Sequence record: SRR22947725_415
Direction: 5' to 3' (one strand)
DNA: 39,521 nucleotides
Each line of letters begins with the position of its first letter. Positions within the stretch are counted from its first letter, which is position 1. Both the position numbers and the translations under genes were made by a program. The notes under the pieces were generated by a model, which did no database searches, had not been told where the DNA came from, and saw only the letters and a list, made by a program, of their open reading frames with translations. Shown here one piece after another: positions 28,985 to 37,508 of the stretch.

Positions 28985-29593
28985 CTAGAGTTTACCTTTA
29001 AAGGCCTGTACGGCGTTGCCTCTTTCCAAACGATAATGCTCTAGACGGCGTTCTGAGTTCTCTTGTTGCCTTATAGTTTCACCAAGGCCTTCAACTTCTA
29101 GGCGCAATCTTTTAAGAGCTAATTGTTTATTTTGAAGCTGAGAACGCTCCGCTGAACAACTAATAGACTCACCGGAGGGTAAGTAAGTCACTCTGATTGC
29201 CGTCGATGACTTGTTTACATGCTGACCACCAGGGCCACTTGCACTGCGAAATGACTCAATCTTAACTTGAGACAAATCGAAGTCATCAACATCGCGCTGA
29301 GAACAAAAGCTGACCTTAACAAACCAATTTTGACGCTTGTGATATGGGCGAAAAGGACTTTTACCACACCAGGCAATAGTCCCTTCCCAGGCTTGCCGCA
29401 AAGAATCTGCGGCGTCACCTTTACATGACAGGCTTAAAGACTTAAAGCACTTACTGGCTCCACCATCTTCTTTATCAATTATCTCAACAACTACACCCTG
29501 CTGAGCGAAAGCTGTCATCAACTTTTGATAAACATGCCAGACGACCCTTTGGCACTCAAGCGGACCTTGACCAGAGGAAATTTGAATGAGCAT
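28985..29593 (-). CDS. prfH: Peptide chain release factor H
   Basis: LQISSGQGP.EC-type start, WEGTI.W...SPFRP.HKRQNWF, intact GPGGQHVNK, ERSQ.QN; lacks RF1/RF2 domain 1; directly follows rtcB. Confidence 0.93.
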   Translation of the reverse strand: MLIQISSGQGPLECQRVVWHVYQKLMTAFAQQGVVVEIIDKEDGGASKCFKSLSLSCKGDAADSLRQAWEGTIAWCGKSPFRPYHKRQNWFVKVSFCSQRDVDDFDLSQVKIESFRSASGPGGQHVNKSSTAIRVTYLPSGESISCSAERSQLQNKQLALKRLRLEVEGLGETIRQQENSERRLEHYRLERGNAVQAFKGKL

Positions 29594-29594
29594 A

Positions 29595-30707
29595 TTATTT
29601 CCTCTTAGTCTTATAAGTAATCAAAGGCTTCAAAATGGCCACAACTTTAATGACACCAAAGTTCACCATATCGTCTATGACAACATCGATGTCTTTATAT
29701 GCCTGAGGCGCTTCTTCAAAAAGCAGATCTTTATTCTCACAAATAACACTACTTCCCAAAGAGGTTTGCTGAAGATCTTTCACCGAGAACTTCATCCGAA
29801 AGCGCTGACGACAATCATGTCGATGATACTTACGACCTGCACCATGGGCTAAAGAATAGCAATTTTCTTCTTGCTTACCCAACGGCTTAACGATATAGCT
29901 GTAAGAACCTCGTGAACCTGGAATAAGCACTAAACTGCTATCCGATGGGGCCGCACCTTTGCGGTGTAACCAACCATCTCCACAAGCCGTAACTGTATTG
30001 TGACACATGTCCACTATACCTGTACCTGAGGCGTGAATAGAGCTCAAAAAGCGCCGCGCGATCAAGGCTCGATTCGCTCGAGTCCACTTCACCGCAAAGT
30101 CATGCTTTATCAAATAAGACTTAAACTCTGGCATATCTTCAGATAAGCCGTCTGCACCAAATTTTTCGACATGACTGCGAAGAACTAATTGCCCAAGGCC
30201 ACGAGAACCACTGTGGACCATCAACTGTAGAAAAGATTTACTTAAACCAAACTCTGAACAAGCTTCTTCATCAACGACCTGATGAATCTGCTGCAATTCC
30301 GCGAAGTGGTTACCACCCCCTACAGTTCCTAAGGCATCATCCCATTCATCAAGCTCAAACTTATCAATAAAAGCCTGACGATCGCCACTCCAAGGAGTGT
30401 CCATATCAACTATTTTCTTTACCCATTTGTCGCGACGAATCTTTTTAGTTTTGAGATCAGTCTGCCAAAGGCCCATCCCGCAACCTATATCGCCACCCAC
30501 TAAATAAGGGTATATTATATTTTCTGAATAAAAGGCAGCGCCGATGGGATTACCTCTCCCTGGGTGCAAGTCTGGCATGCCAACTACCTTTTTCATACCG
30601 GGTAACTTTGCGGTACTATGGAGTTGTTCGACAGACTTTCCTTCTATCCAATTTTGTTTTGACGCCATAACTGAGACGTCACAAGAATTAATTTTGATAG
30701 TATTCAA
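29595..30707 (-). CDS. rtcB: RtcB-family RNA ligase, PrfH-coupled type (RtcB2)
   Basis: MPDLHPG.G.PIG, GGDIGCG, GT.GGGNHF.E, VHSGSRG, HN, HRKGA, IPGSRG, AHGAGR, EEAP.AYK; TTG start with GGAAG RBS 8 nt upstream. Confidence 0.93.
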   Translation of the reverse strand: MNTIKINSCDVSVMASKQNWIEGKSVEQLHSTAKLPGMKKVVGMPDLHPGRGNPIGAAFYSENIIYPYLVGGDIGCGMGLWQTDLKTKKIRRDKWVKKIVDMDTPWSGDRQAFIDKFELDEWDDALGTVGGGNHFAELQQIHQVVDEEACSEFGLSKSFLQLMVHSGSRGLGQLVLRSHVEKFGADGLSEDMPEFKSYLIKHDFAVKWTRANRALIARRFLSSIHASGTGIVDMCHNTVTACGDGWLHRKGAAPSDSSLVLIPGSRGSYSYIVKPLGKQEENCYSLAHGAGRKYHRHDCRQRFRMKFSVKDLQQTSLGSSVICENKDLLFEEAPQAYKDIDVVIDDMVNFGVIKVVAILKPLITYKTKRK

Positions 30708-30715
30708 AACGTAAT

Positions 30716-30763
30716 CTTCCGATAAAATTAAAATGTAAAAAATGAAATAAAATAAGTCGGAAG
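30716..30763 (-). promoter_or_regulatory. Anti-SD/SD stem sequestering the rtcB2 ribosome-binding site
   Basis: On the mRNA, CUUCCGA (30763-30757) pairs with UCGGAAG (30722-30716, containing the SD) around a 34-nt U-rich loop. Confidence 0.6.
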
Positions 30764-30821
30764 GCTAACTGGAAGACGGAGCAGGGATCACCCTAAAGAT
30801 AGAACATGAACACAAGACTGC

Positions 30822-30857
30822 TTAGCAGTTAACCTCTGTTGGTGTGTAGTGTTGCAT
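30822..30857 (-). CDS. Leader peptide (uORF) MQHYTPTEVNC of the rtcB2-prfH operon; in-frame extension to 30765 on readthrough
   Basis: AAGGAG SD 7 nt before ATG 30857; TAA at 30824-30822; frame continues AVLCSCSIFRVIPAPSSS to TAG 30767-30765. Confidence 0.7.
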   Translation of the reverse strand: MQHYTPTEVNC

Positions 30858-30885
30858 GTTGTTTCTCCTTGATTGAATTTCTTAA

Positions 30886-30913
30886 ATGATAAACAAAAAT
30901 TTTACTGATGCAA
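30886..30913 (-). promoter_or_regulatory. Candidate sigma-70 promoter for leader-rtcB2-prfH
   Basis: TTGCAT-N16-TATCAT on the minus strand, between the sulfatase terminator and the uORF SD. Confidence 0.55.
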
Positions 30914-30925
30914 GAGGCCAGAAAA

Positions 30926-30959
30926 TAAAAAAGCAGAGTAATTTTAAAAATGACTCTGC
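30926..30959 (-). terminator. Intrinsic terminator of the sulfatase gene
   Basis: GCAGAGT...ACTCTGC hairpin plus T-tract on the minus strand. Confidence 0.75.
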
Positions 30960-30981
30960 CTTAAATTCTCGAAGTCAAAAA

Positions 30982-32499
30982 CTATCTTGTTGGAATACTT
31001 CTACCTGAACCCCTATACTGCTTTAAAAGAGTCTCCATAGCTTTCACCTTTTCGGGGTACTTCTCAAAAAGGTTATTTCTTTGGCTAAGGTCTTCCTTCA
31101 AATTAAATAGCAGTCCCGTCTCAGTCTTCTTGAGTTTCTTATAGCCACTCTTCTCATAAAACCATGAAGGCGCCCCTGAATGCTCTCCTGAGTAAGTATT
31201 GAGGTAAACCCAGTCTCCCTGTCGCAGGGCATATCGATTTTCAAAAGTATTTTGTACTGTTGCTTCACGCAATGGCTTTTTATAATCTTCACCCTTTAAT
31301 ACTGGTAGTAAATTATAACTATCAACCGCAGCTTCATTGGGTAATTTATAATCAACAATTGCTGCCACTGTGCCCATGATATCCACCTGATTAATCACTT
31401 CATCTGAAACGACGCCAGGCTTAATTTTACCCGGCCACTTAACGATAAATGGTACGCGGTGCCCCCCTTCCCAGATATCTCTTTTTAAGCCGCGAAGTTC
31501 TCCCATACTGACATGATTAAACTTACGAGTTCTTTCAAACGCATATTTTTCCGGACCATTATCTGCAGAAAAAATCACCAGTGTGTTCTCTTCTAAACCA
31601 TTAGCTTTTAAAGCATCAAAAATCTGACCTGCTATAAAGTCTGACTGAAAGACAAAATCACCATAAGGGCCCGCCTCTGTCTTGCCATCAAATTCATCAT
31701 TTGGAATGATCGGCGCATGGGGTGAAGGTAAAGCAAAATAAAGAAAGAATGGCTTATCTTTAGATTGGCGATTAATAAACTCTACAGATTTTTCACCCAG
31801 AGTTGGTAGGACGTCATACGGGTTCCAATCTTTTACCATAGGACCTGGGCGAAACTCCCAACCGCCCTCTTTAGTCTTCATCCCTTTAAGGTCAAGCATC
31901 TCAGTGGGTGCTTCTGTGACTTTATCATTTTCAACCCAGCAATAGGGCGGGAAATTTATCGTTCCATCGCCAAAGTAATAATCAAAACCTTGGTCGAGTG
32001 GTCCACCTGGGATCGGCTTACTCCAGTCAAAAGCATCTGGACCCCACACCTTCTTTTTTTTCTTGCCAACTACTTCAGCAGTGGCTCCCGGTTTCTTAAC
32101 GGGATTCCAATCCCAGCCCAAGTGCCATTTGCCAATCGCAGCCGTGTGGTAGCCCTTGGCTTTCAACATACGCGGTAAAGTCATCTCTCCCGGCTTAAAA
32201 AACGATGGTCCAAAAGAATTAACAATACTATGCTGGCGACGCCAATGATAATTACCGGTCAATAAGGCATAACGACTGGGAGAACATATACCTGAAGAGC
32301 TATGGCCATCTGTGAAGCGCATCCCTTCTGAGGCAAGCTTATCCAAACTCGGTGTTTTAATTTTTGAATGTGGATTTTGGCAAGACATATCGCCATGGCC
32401 CATATCATCCGCATAGATAATCACAATATTAGGTTTATCCGCGGCAAACAAGCTAACACATAACAGGGCGAAAATTACCGATAAAATACATACTTTCAA
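30982..32499 (-). CDS. Arylsulfatase (S1 formylglycine-dependent, Cys-type), secreted
   Basis: [41 protein letters not shown]; probable TTG start at 32499 after GGAG. Confidence 0.95.
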   Translation of the reverse strand: MKVCILSVIFALLCVSLFAADKPNIVIIYADDMGHGDMSCQNPHSKIKTPSLDKLASEGMRFTDGHSSSGICSPSRYALLTGNYHWRRQHSIVNSFGPSFFKPGEMTLPRMLKAKGYHTAAIGKWHLGWDWNPVKKPGATAEVVGKKKKKVWGPDAFDWSKPIPGGPLDQGFDYYFGDGTINFPPYCWVENDKVTEAPTEMLDLKGMKTKEGGWEFRPGPMVKDWNPYDVLPTLGEKSVEFINRQSKDKPFFLYFALPSPHAPIIPNDEFDGKTEAGPYGDFVFQSDFIAGQIFDALKANGLEENTLVIFSADNGPEKYAFERTRKFNHVSMGELRGLKRDIWEGGHRVPFIVKWPGKIKPGVVSDEVINQVDIMGTVAAIVDYKLPNEAAVDSYNLLPVLKGEDYKKPLREATVQNTFENRYALRQGDWVYLNTYSGEHSGAPSWFYEKSGYKKLKKTETGLLFNLKEDLSQRNNLFEKYPEKVKAMETLLKQYRGSGRSIPTR

Positions 32500-32545
32500 A
32501 ACAGTCTCCAATTTAACTAATTTAAGGCATACACATCCACTCAAA

Positions 32546-32594
32546 TAAAAACCCCGCAAAATGAAAAAAGGAAACCTTTCTTCATTCGCGGGGT
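32546..32594 (-). terminator. Intrinsic terminator of the selenoprotein gene
   Basis: Long imperfect hairpin ACCCCGC.AATGAA...TTCATT.GCGGGGT plus T-tract on the minus strand. Confidence 0.75.
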
Positions 32595-32619
32595 AAATTT
32601 AAAAGCGTTTTTGACAAAT

Positions 32620-33576
32620 CTATAAGTCTTGAATCATCGACTCTGCATCTTTAATCAATAGGTCTTTACCTGGAGCTTTAGTTATGAATTGCTGCAGTTT
32701 ACCTTTTAAAAAGTTTGCTGAATTAGCAGAGGCACGATCGCTGGCTTTCAGCTTATCGAACTGACTGCGTAAATTGTATAGATAAACAAAATACTTATCC
32801 TTCTTCATAGTCGCTATCTGAGTAGTATAATCTTGAACTAAAGGCATTCCTCTAAAGCTTTTCGTAAGCATCAACATACCAGAATACGCTTTCGTAGGTT
32901 GGCTTTTAAGGAACTTACTCACTTTTTCAGCTTCAGTTTCACCCCACTTATTGACGACATCAATCATCGCTTGAGCTTCTTCAGAGCCCTTCGCCTTCTG
33001 CTTCACTTTATTTTCAAGTTGACTAAGAAGAGACTTTACCGGATAACCATACTTAAAAGAATTGGCTTCACGGGTAAGAATTTTAACCTGAGCATCCCGC
33101 ATAACCATGTGCGCCATAGTTCCATAAGCCGGTTTCTTCTTTTCGAGCTTACTCAAAGTGGTGAACTGCTTATAGGTATCTTTATTCTTTAAGCTGTCAT
33201 ACGAGTAATGCATCAAAGTCGACTCTCCCCCCATATCGGCTATAAAGCCACGTGGGATAGTACCGCCTGTCTTACTGTTATATAGATCATCTTTATACTT
33301 CTGCGGGACAGAAGATAAATCAGCACTCTGAATAACAACGACAGTCATTTCTTTCTTACCAAGAGCCATTAAGGACAGACCTGCCCTAATACACGGACCT
33401 CAAGTTGACTTGAGATTCGTCTGCATAAACAATAAAGGTTTTTTATTCTTTATTGATTCTGCCTTGGCGGTCTCAAAGTCGCTCCACATATAAGCACCTT
33501 TCGGTAACTTTTCTGAAGCAGCGTATGTATTCACTGCGAATAAAAGCAGCAAACCCAATAAAAGTATTTTATTCAT
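32620..33576 (-). CDS. Secreted thioredoxin-fold selenoprotein (UGPC motif, Sec59) with a helical C-terminal region, 318 aa
   Basis: AGGGAG RBS and ATG 33576; signal peptide MNKILLLGLLLLFAVNTYA; DFETAKAESIKNKKPLLFM; in-frame TGA 33402-33400 followed by GPC; continues in frame into the 249-aa track ORF, which carries a cis-Pro-like TIPR. Confidence 0.85.
33367..33399 (-). promoter_or_regulatory. Bacterial SECIS element
   Basis: UGA GGU CCG UGU AUU AGG GCA GGU CUG UCC UUA AUG: hairpin AUUAGGGCA-GGUC-UGUCCUUAAU with apical GCAGGUCUG 15 nt after UGA. Confidence 0.8.
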
Positions 33577-33698
33577 AAAAATCTCCCTTATTCTAAGTTC
33601 ATTAATAACTTCATCTGCCTTCTTAAAGCAGGAACATTCATTCTAACATAATTTATAAGCCCTGTAAAGCTATTCACTTATGCTGAAAAATCCGGGCA

Positions 33699-33728
33699 CA
33701 AAAAAGCCCCACTTAAAAAGTGAGGCTT
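33699..33728 (-). terminator. Intrinsic terminator of the 33736-34587 gene
   Basis: AAGCC.CACTT-AAA-AAGTG.GGCTT hairpin with one bulge, plus T-tract on the minus strand. Confidence 0.7.
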
Positions 33729-33735
33729 AAAAAAA

Positions 33736-34587
33736 TTACTTAATAGCGGCTGGCACTTTAGGCTTAGGAAAGAGTTTCGGGAAGGACTCTTTAATTCCCT
33801 CTAGGGTTGTCGGCGTAATTATCAGGTAACGCTTATTAAAAGCTTCTTGAACATTCTCCGGAACGGCTTCTTCATCGATTGTCGGATCTGGCTTCCATAA
33901 GGACATCCCGCCAATCAAGTCATCTTTAAATAACTGCTCTAGATTGCCAATATAACCATTGTAAACGCCAATCAACGGATGGTACTCAGCAGGGTCTTTT
34001 ACCATCTTTTCCTCATCTTCTTCAGAAGTGATCATCTTAAAAGCTGAAATTTTATTGAGCTCATCTTTTGAATAAGGCAGAGGAACCATAAAAATGACCA
34101 TATCGCAATCTGTATTTGCTTTGAGAACCTTGTTAAAGTCTTCGGCAGTATTCTCCATCATGGCTTCTTCTGGCATCTCTAAAGACATATCTAACTCTTT
34201 AATAGGCACTGTGCGAACTTCTGTAATCTTACCGCCAAAGCCGTCTTTAAAAGCCACTACCATCCGATCTAAATCTTTACGGTTGCGCTGAACAACAGGG
34301 TGATGGACAATAAGGCACTTACCTGAACCATTGTAATTATTGGAAAGAGTATTGGCTAAAATCATCGCCTGAGCATTCTGATAGAGCTTTTCTCGCTCAA
34401 TGGCTTTGTTATCGATTTTACTACGAAATAAATTCAGCCAAATCGCATTAGCAATAATAATACAACCACAAACGATAGTGAGTAACTTCCCCCACTCTGC
34501 CTTGTGCTTTTTATATTGAATCTGTCCATAAAACATCAGAGCAGCTAAAAAAAGCATACTGACAACTGAGACAAAAGTCGAATTCAT
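33736..34587 (-). CDS. Hypothetical membrane protein (two N-terminal TMs plus a soluble alpha/beta domain)
   Basis: Long ORF; ATG 34587 after GGGAG; no family recognised. Confidence 0.75.
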   Translation of the reverse strand: MNSTFVSVVSMLFLAALMFYGQIQYKKHKAEWGKLLTIVCGCIIIANAIWLNLFRSKIDNKAIEREKLYQNAQAMILANTLSNNYNGSGKCLIVHHPVVQRNRKDLDRMVVAFKDGFGGKITEVRTVPIKELDMSLEMPEEAMMENTAEDFNKVLKANTDCDMVIFMVPLPYSKDELNKISAFKMITSEEDEEKMVKDPAEYHPLIGVYNGYIGNLEQLFKDDLIGGMSLWKPDPTIDEEAVPENVQEAFNKRYLIITPTTLEGIKESFPKLFPKPKVPAAIK

Positions 34588-34790
34588 AAAAACTCCCAAA
34601 ACTTCATAAAATTTAAACTATTTGGCACCCATTATATAATGGCTGATTGCATCTTACAGCCCCTCAGCTGCATTTTATTGACACTAATATAACATTATCG
34701 ACTGTCCTAACACAAATTTTATCTCAACTTTACCAAACAGTTTATGCCATGTAGATTACAAAAAATTAAAATATACAGAATACAAATAGA

Positions 34791-35531
34791 ATGAATATCA
34801 TTGAAAATATCGAAATGATCCCCACTCCAAGTGGAGATATGCGCACCTCTATACTGACTCCAAAAGAAGCTGGAAACTACCCGGCATTAATTCTCTACTC
34901 TGAAATCTTTCAACTGACTGGTCCTATTATGCGGTCAGCGGCCATCATGGCCGGACATGGTTTCATTGTCGCGGTACCAGAAGTGTATCACGAGCACTTA
35001 GATGCCGGAACTGTCCTTGGCTATGATGATGCGGGTAAGACTATTGGTAACGACCTGAAAAATAAGACGCGTATAGAGAGCTATGATGAAGGCGTCCAAG
35101 CTATTATAGATCATATGCAAAATAACCCAAAATGTTCTCAAAAATTTGGCAGCATTGGCTTTTGCCTCGGAGGGCACTTAGCATTTCGCGCTGCTCTCAA
35201 TCCCAAAATCTCTGCTTGTGCGAGCTTTTATGGTACGGATATTCACAGTGGAACCCTCGGTACCGAACAGCCATGCGATACCTTCGCAAGGATTAAAGAG
35301 CTAAAAGCTGAAATGATGATGGTTTGGGGTCGGCAAGATCCCCATATTCCTACCGAAGGTCGACAGAAAATCTACAATGAGCTCTGCCAGCAGGATATCA
35401 ATTTTACCTGGCATGAATTCAATGCCGTACACGCTTTCATGCGCGATGAAGGAGAACGCTTCAACCCAAGCCTAGCTCAAGATTGCTATCGCTTAGCAGT
35501 AAATATGTTTGACCGCGTGCTCAAACATTAG
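34791..35531 (+). CDS. Dienelactone hydrolase family protein
   Basis: SEIF, GFCLGG nucleophile, D.HIP, HAFMRDEG.R. Confidence 0.93.
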   Translation: MNIIENIEMIPTPSGDMRTSILTPKEAGNYPALILYSEIFQLTGPIMRSAAIMAGHGFIVAVPEVYHEHLDAGTVLGYDDAGKTIGNDLKNKTRIESYDEGVQAIIDHMQNNPKCSQKFGSIGFCLGGHLAFRAALNPKISACASFYGTDIHSGTLGTEQPCDTFARIKELKAEMMMVWGRQDPHIPTEGRQKIYNELCQQDINFTWHEFNAVHAFMRDEGERFNPSLAQDCYRLAVNMFDRVLKH

Positions 35532-36004
35532 ACGATATAGTGCTCATTTACTTTCACCATTTGTTCAAAAAGAGCTGCATCTGCCTGACGAAGACGACGG
35601 CAGATTTCGCGGCCCATATTCATCTGAATTAAAGCAAATTGTTCCAAATCAAATGAGGCGATTCCTGTAAATGTATGCGTTGGTACATGAATTGCCTGGC
35701 ATTCCTCAATGGCGCGTATAGAAGCACTACGGAAGTTCATATCCACTAAAGCCATTTCGCCAAAACAATCACCACTGGCTAGTTGTGACAAATGATATTC
35801 TTCTTCTTGCCAATTCTTAAAAATATCAACCTTACCCGATTCAAGAACATACATACCATCAGGATGATCATTTTCCCGGAAAAAGAGTTCTCCTGTCGAT
35901 TTCTTCACACAATCGGAATCATTGAGGATCAAATTTAACACTTCATCGGTGACACCGCCAAAAATGGCCAGTTTTTGCAATAGGTCAAAGCGTCGTTTTA
36001 TCAT
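35528..36004 (-). CDS. Stand-alone cyclic-nucleotide-binding domain protein (no HTH)
   Basis: FREND....MYVLESG.V, GDCFGEMAL....RSAS.RA, RRLR; AGGG-like RBS. Confidence 0.9.
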   Translation of the reverse strand: MIKRRFDLLQKLAIFGGVTDEVLNLILNDSDCVKKSTGELFFRENDHPDGMYVLESGKVDIFKNWQEEEYHLSQLASGDCFGEMALVDMNFRSASIRAIEECQAIHVPTHTFTGIASFDLEQFALIQMNMGREICRRLRQADAALFEQMVKVNEHYIV

Positions 36005-36105
36005 ACTAGGAGCCCTCCAAAAATTTCATCGTCCCTTACTTATTAGTATATTGAGAGAACGGCAACAAAGCAATTATTCGTGATACCTCAGGCAGATTTA
36101 AGCAC

Positions 36106-36130
36106 AAAAAAGCCCGGACAACGCCGGGCT
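36106..36130 (-). terminator. Intrinsic terminator of the DUF1549-DUF1501 operon
   Basis: AGCCCGG-N6-CCGGGCT plus T-tract on the minus strand. Confidence 0.85.
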
Positions 36131-36154
36131 CTCTTCACGGGTCATAACTATTAT

Positions 36155-37498
36155 TTAGAAGATCGACGTAATCGGTTTTCCTTTGTCGGCGATAGTAAAG
36201 GGTCGGCCTTCTTTATTCATCTCTGTATGCTTAAGCGGCAAGCCCATGGCATAAGCGATCGTGGCATTGAAGTCGCGAACTTTGACTTTATTTTCGATGA
36301 CCCTGTTACCTTGATCATCTGTCTTACCATAAGTTTGACCACCCTTGACACCACCACCCGCTAACATGCAAGTGTATGCTGCTGGAGAGTGATTGCGACC
36401 GCCGCGACTATTCAATTTAGCACTGCGACCGAATTCAGTCGAAAACACAACCAAAGTCGACTCGAGTAAGCCACGCGAAGCGAGGTCAGCAAGAAGAGCG
36501 CTAACAGCTTGATCGAGAGCCGGAGCTTCTTCCGGGAAGTCTTCATAAATACCGTAGTGATGATCCCAGCCGTCATGCTCAACTTCGATAAAGCGGACAC
36601 CTTTTTCGACCAGCCTTCGCGCCAGTAAACAGCTGCTACCGATCTTACTCATAGGGCCGCTGCCTTTTTTCTCTTTTTTGTCCTTTTTATCTTTCTTTGG
36701 ACTGACATAGGTCACTTTAGCGTAGGCCTCACGAGTCTCTTGCTTCTCTTTACCGAGGTCAAAAACTTCCAGATCTTTACTGTTCATAAGTTTTACGGCA
36801 TCGGCATAGACTTCGTCATAAGCATTACTGGTTCTGGTACTAAAACGACTGGCAAATTCCTTATTGACTTTTTGCATGAGGCTGAAGCGACTGTCAAAAC
36901 TCTTAGTGTTTATTTCGCTATCTCTTTTAACAAATTCCAGTCCCTGAGTTGGATTGGCAACCGGTAGAGCTGCAGTTCGACTTGGGAAAAAGCCGGCCCC
37001 TAAACTCTTGGTGCTGGTCTTTATATAATTGGGAATATCTGTTTTTGTTGGCGATAACTTATTCACCCAGGCGCCAAAATTTGGGTGCACTACCGTACCG
37101 CGCTTTTCGTAACTGGTTAAGGTAAGGTACTGGGCTTCATTATGAGCGCCCTGTGTACTTGACATGGAGTTGATGACCGCAAACTTATCCATGTGCTTGG
37201 CGATTCCAGGGAAGTACTTACCAATGCGGATGCCATCGGCACTGGTTTTTATCGGCGCACTCGCTTTAAAAGCATCTTTATTCGTTTCTTTGATGTCGAA
37301 ACTGTCGACATGGCTCATACCGCCTTTGACATTTATAAAAATAACCGACTTGGCTTTGCCACCACCGGCAGCGATGACGGCCTCTTCCTGAGCAGCGTTT
37401 AAACTATCGATAATATTCATTGAGAAACAACTGGCGGCGATGCCTTTAAGAATACTTCTACGGGATACTGAGTCGACTTTATTGAGTAAATTTTTCAT
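36155..37498 (-). CDS. DUF1501 domain protein (Tat-exported)
   Basis: SRRSILKG twin-Arg; AKSVIFI...GG.SH.DSFD; CLLARRLVE.GVRFIEV; GWDHH; EFGR; GRNH; AGGG.KGG..YG.TD; start probably ATG 37498. Confidence 0.95.
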   Translation of the reverse strand: MKNLLNKVDSVSRRSILKGIAASCFSMNIIDSLNAAQEEAVIAAGGGKAKSVIFINVKGGMSHVDSFDIKETNKDAFKASAPIKTSADGIRIGKYFPGIAKHMDKFAVINSMSSTQGAHNEAQYLTLTSYEKRGTVVHPNFGAWVNKLSPTKTDIPNYIKTSTKSLGAGFFPSRTAALPVANPTQGLEFVKRDSEINTKSFDSRFSLMQKVNKEFASRFSTRTSNAYDEVYADAVKLMNSKDLEVFDLGKEKQETREAYAKVTYVSPKKDKKDKKEKKGSGPMSKIGSSCLLARRLVEKGVRFIEVEHDGWDHHYGIYEDFPEEAPALDQAVSALLADLASRGLLESTLVVFSTEFGRSAKLNSRGGRNHSPAAYTCMLAGGGVKGGQTYGKTDDQGNRVIENKVKVRDFNATIAYAMGLPLKHTEMNKEGRPFTIADKGKPITSIF

Positions 37499-37508
37499 CG
37501 TTATTCTC

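Noticed and set aside
30794-30807. Tiny alternative-frame ORF (MFYL-stop) in the rtcB2 leader
   Set aside because: No SD and only four codons; the upstream AAGGAG-led uORF is far better supported.
28947-30960. rtcB2-prfH as a mobile island
   Set aside because: It is bounded by terminators, but no integrase, transposase, direct repeats or obvious compositional shift are visible.
33400-33402. Reading the TGA as a pseudogene-making nonsense mutation, or as two separate genes
   Set aside because: The TGA falls exactly on the first Cys position of a CGPC motif and is followed by a correctly spaced SECIS-like hairpin, and ATG 33369 has no clear RBS. Selenocysteine is the simpler explanation.
36660-36702. 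Lys/Asp-rich low-complexity insert (PKKDKKDKKEKKG) in DUF1501 as a phase-variable tract
   Set aside because: In frame, imperfect at DNA level, and probably a surface loop.
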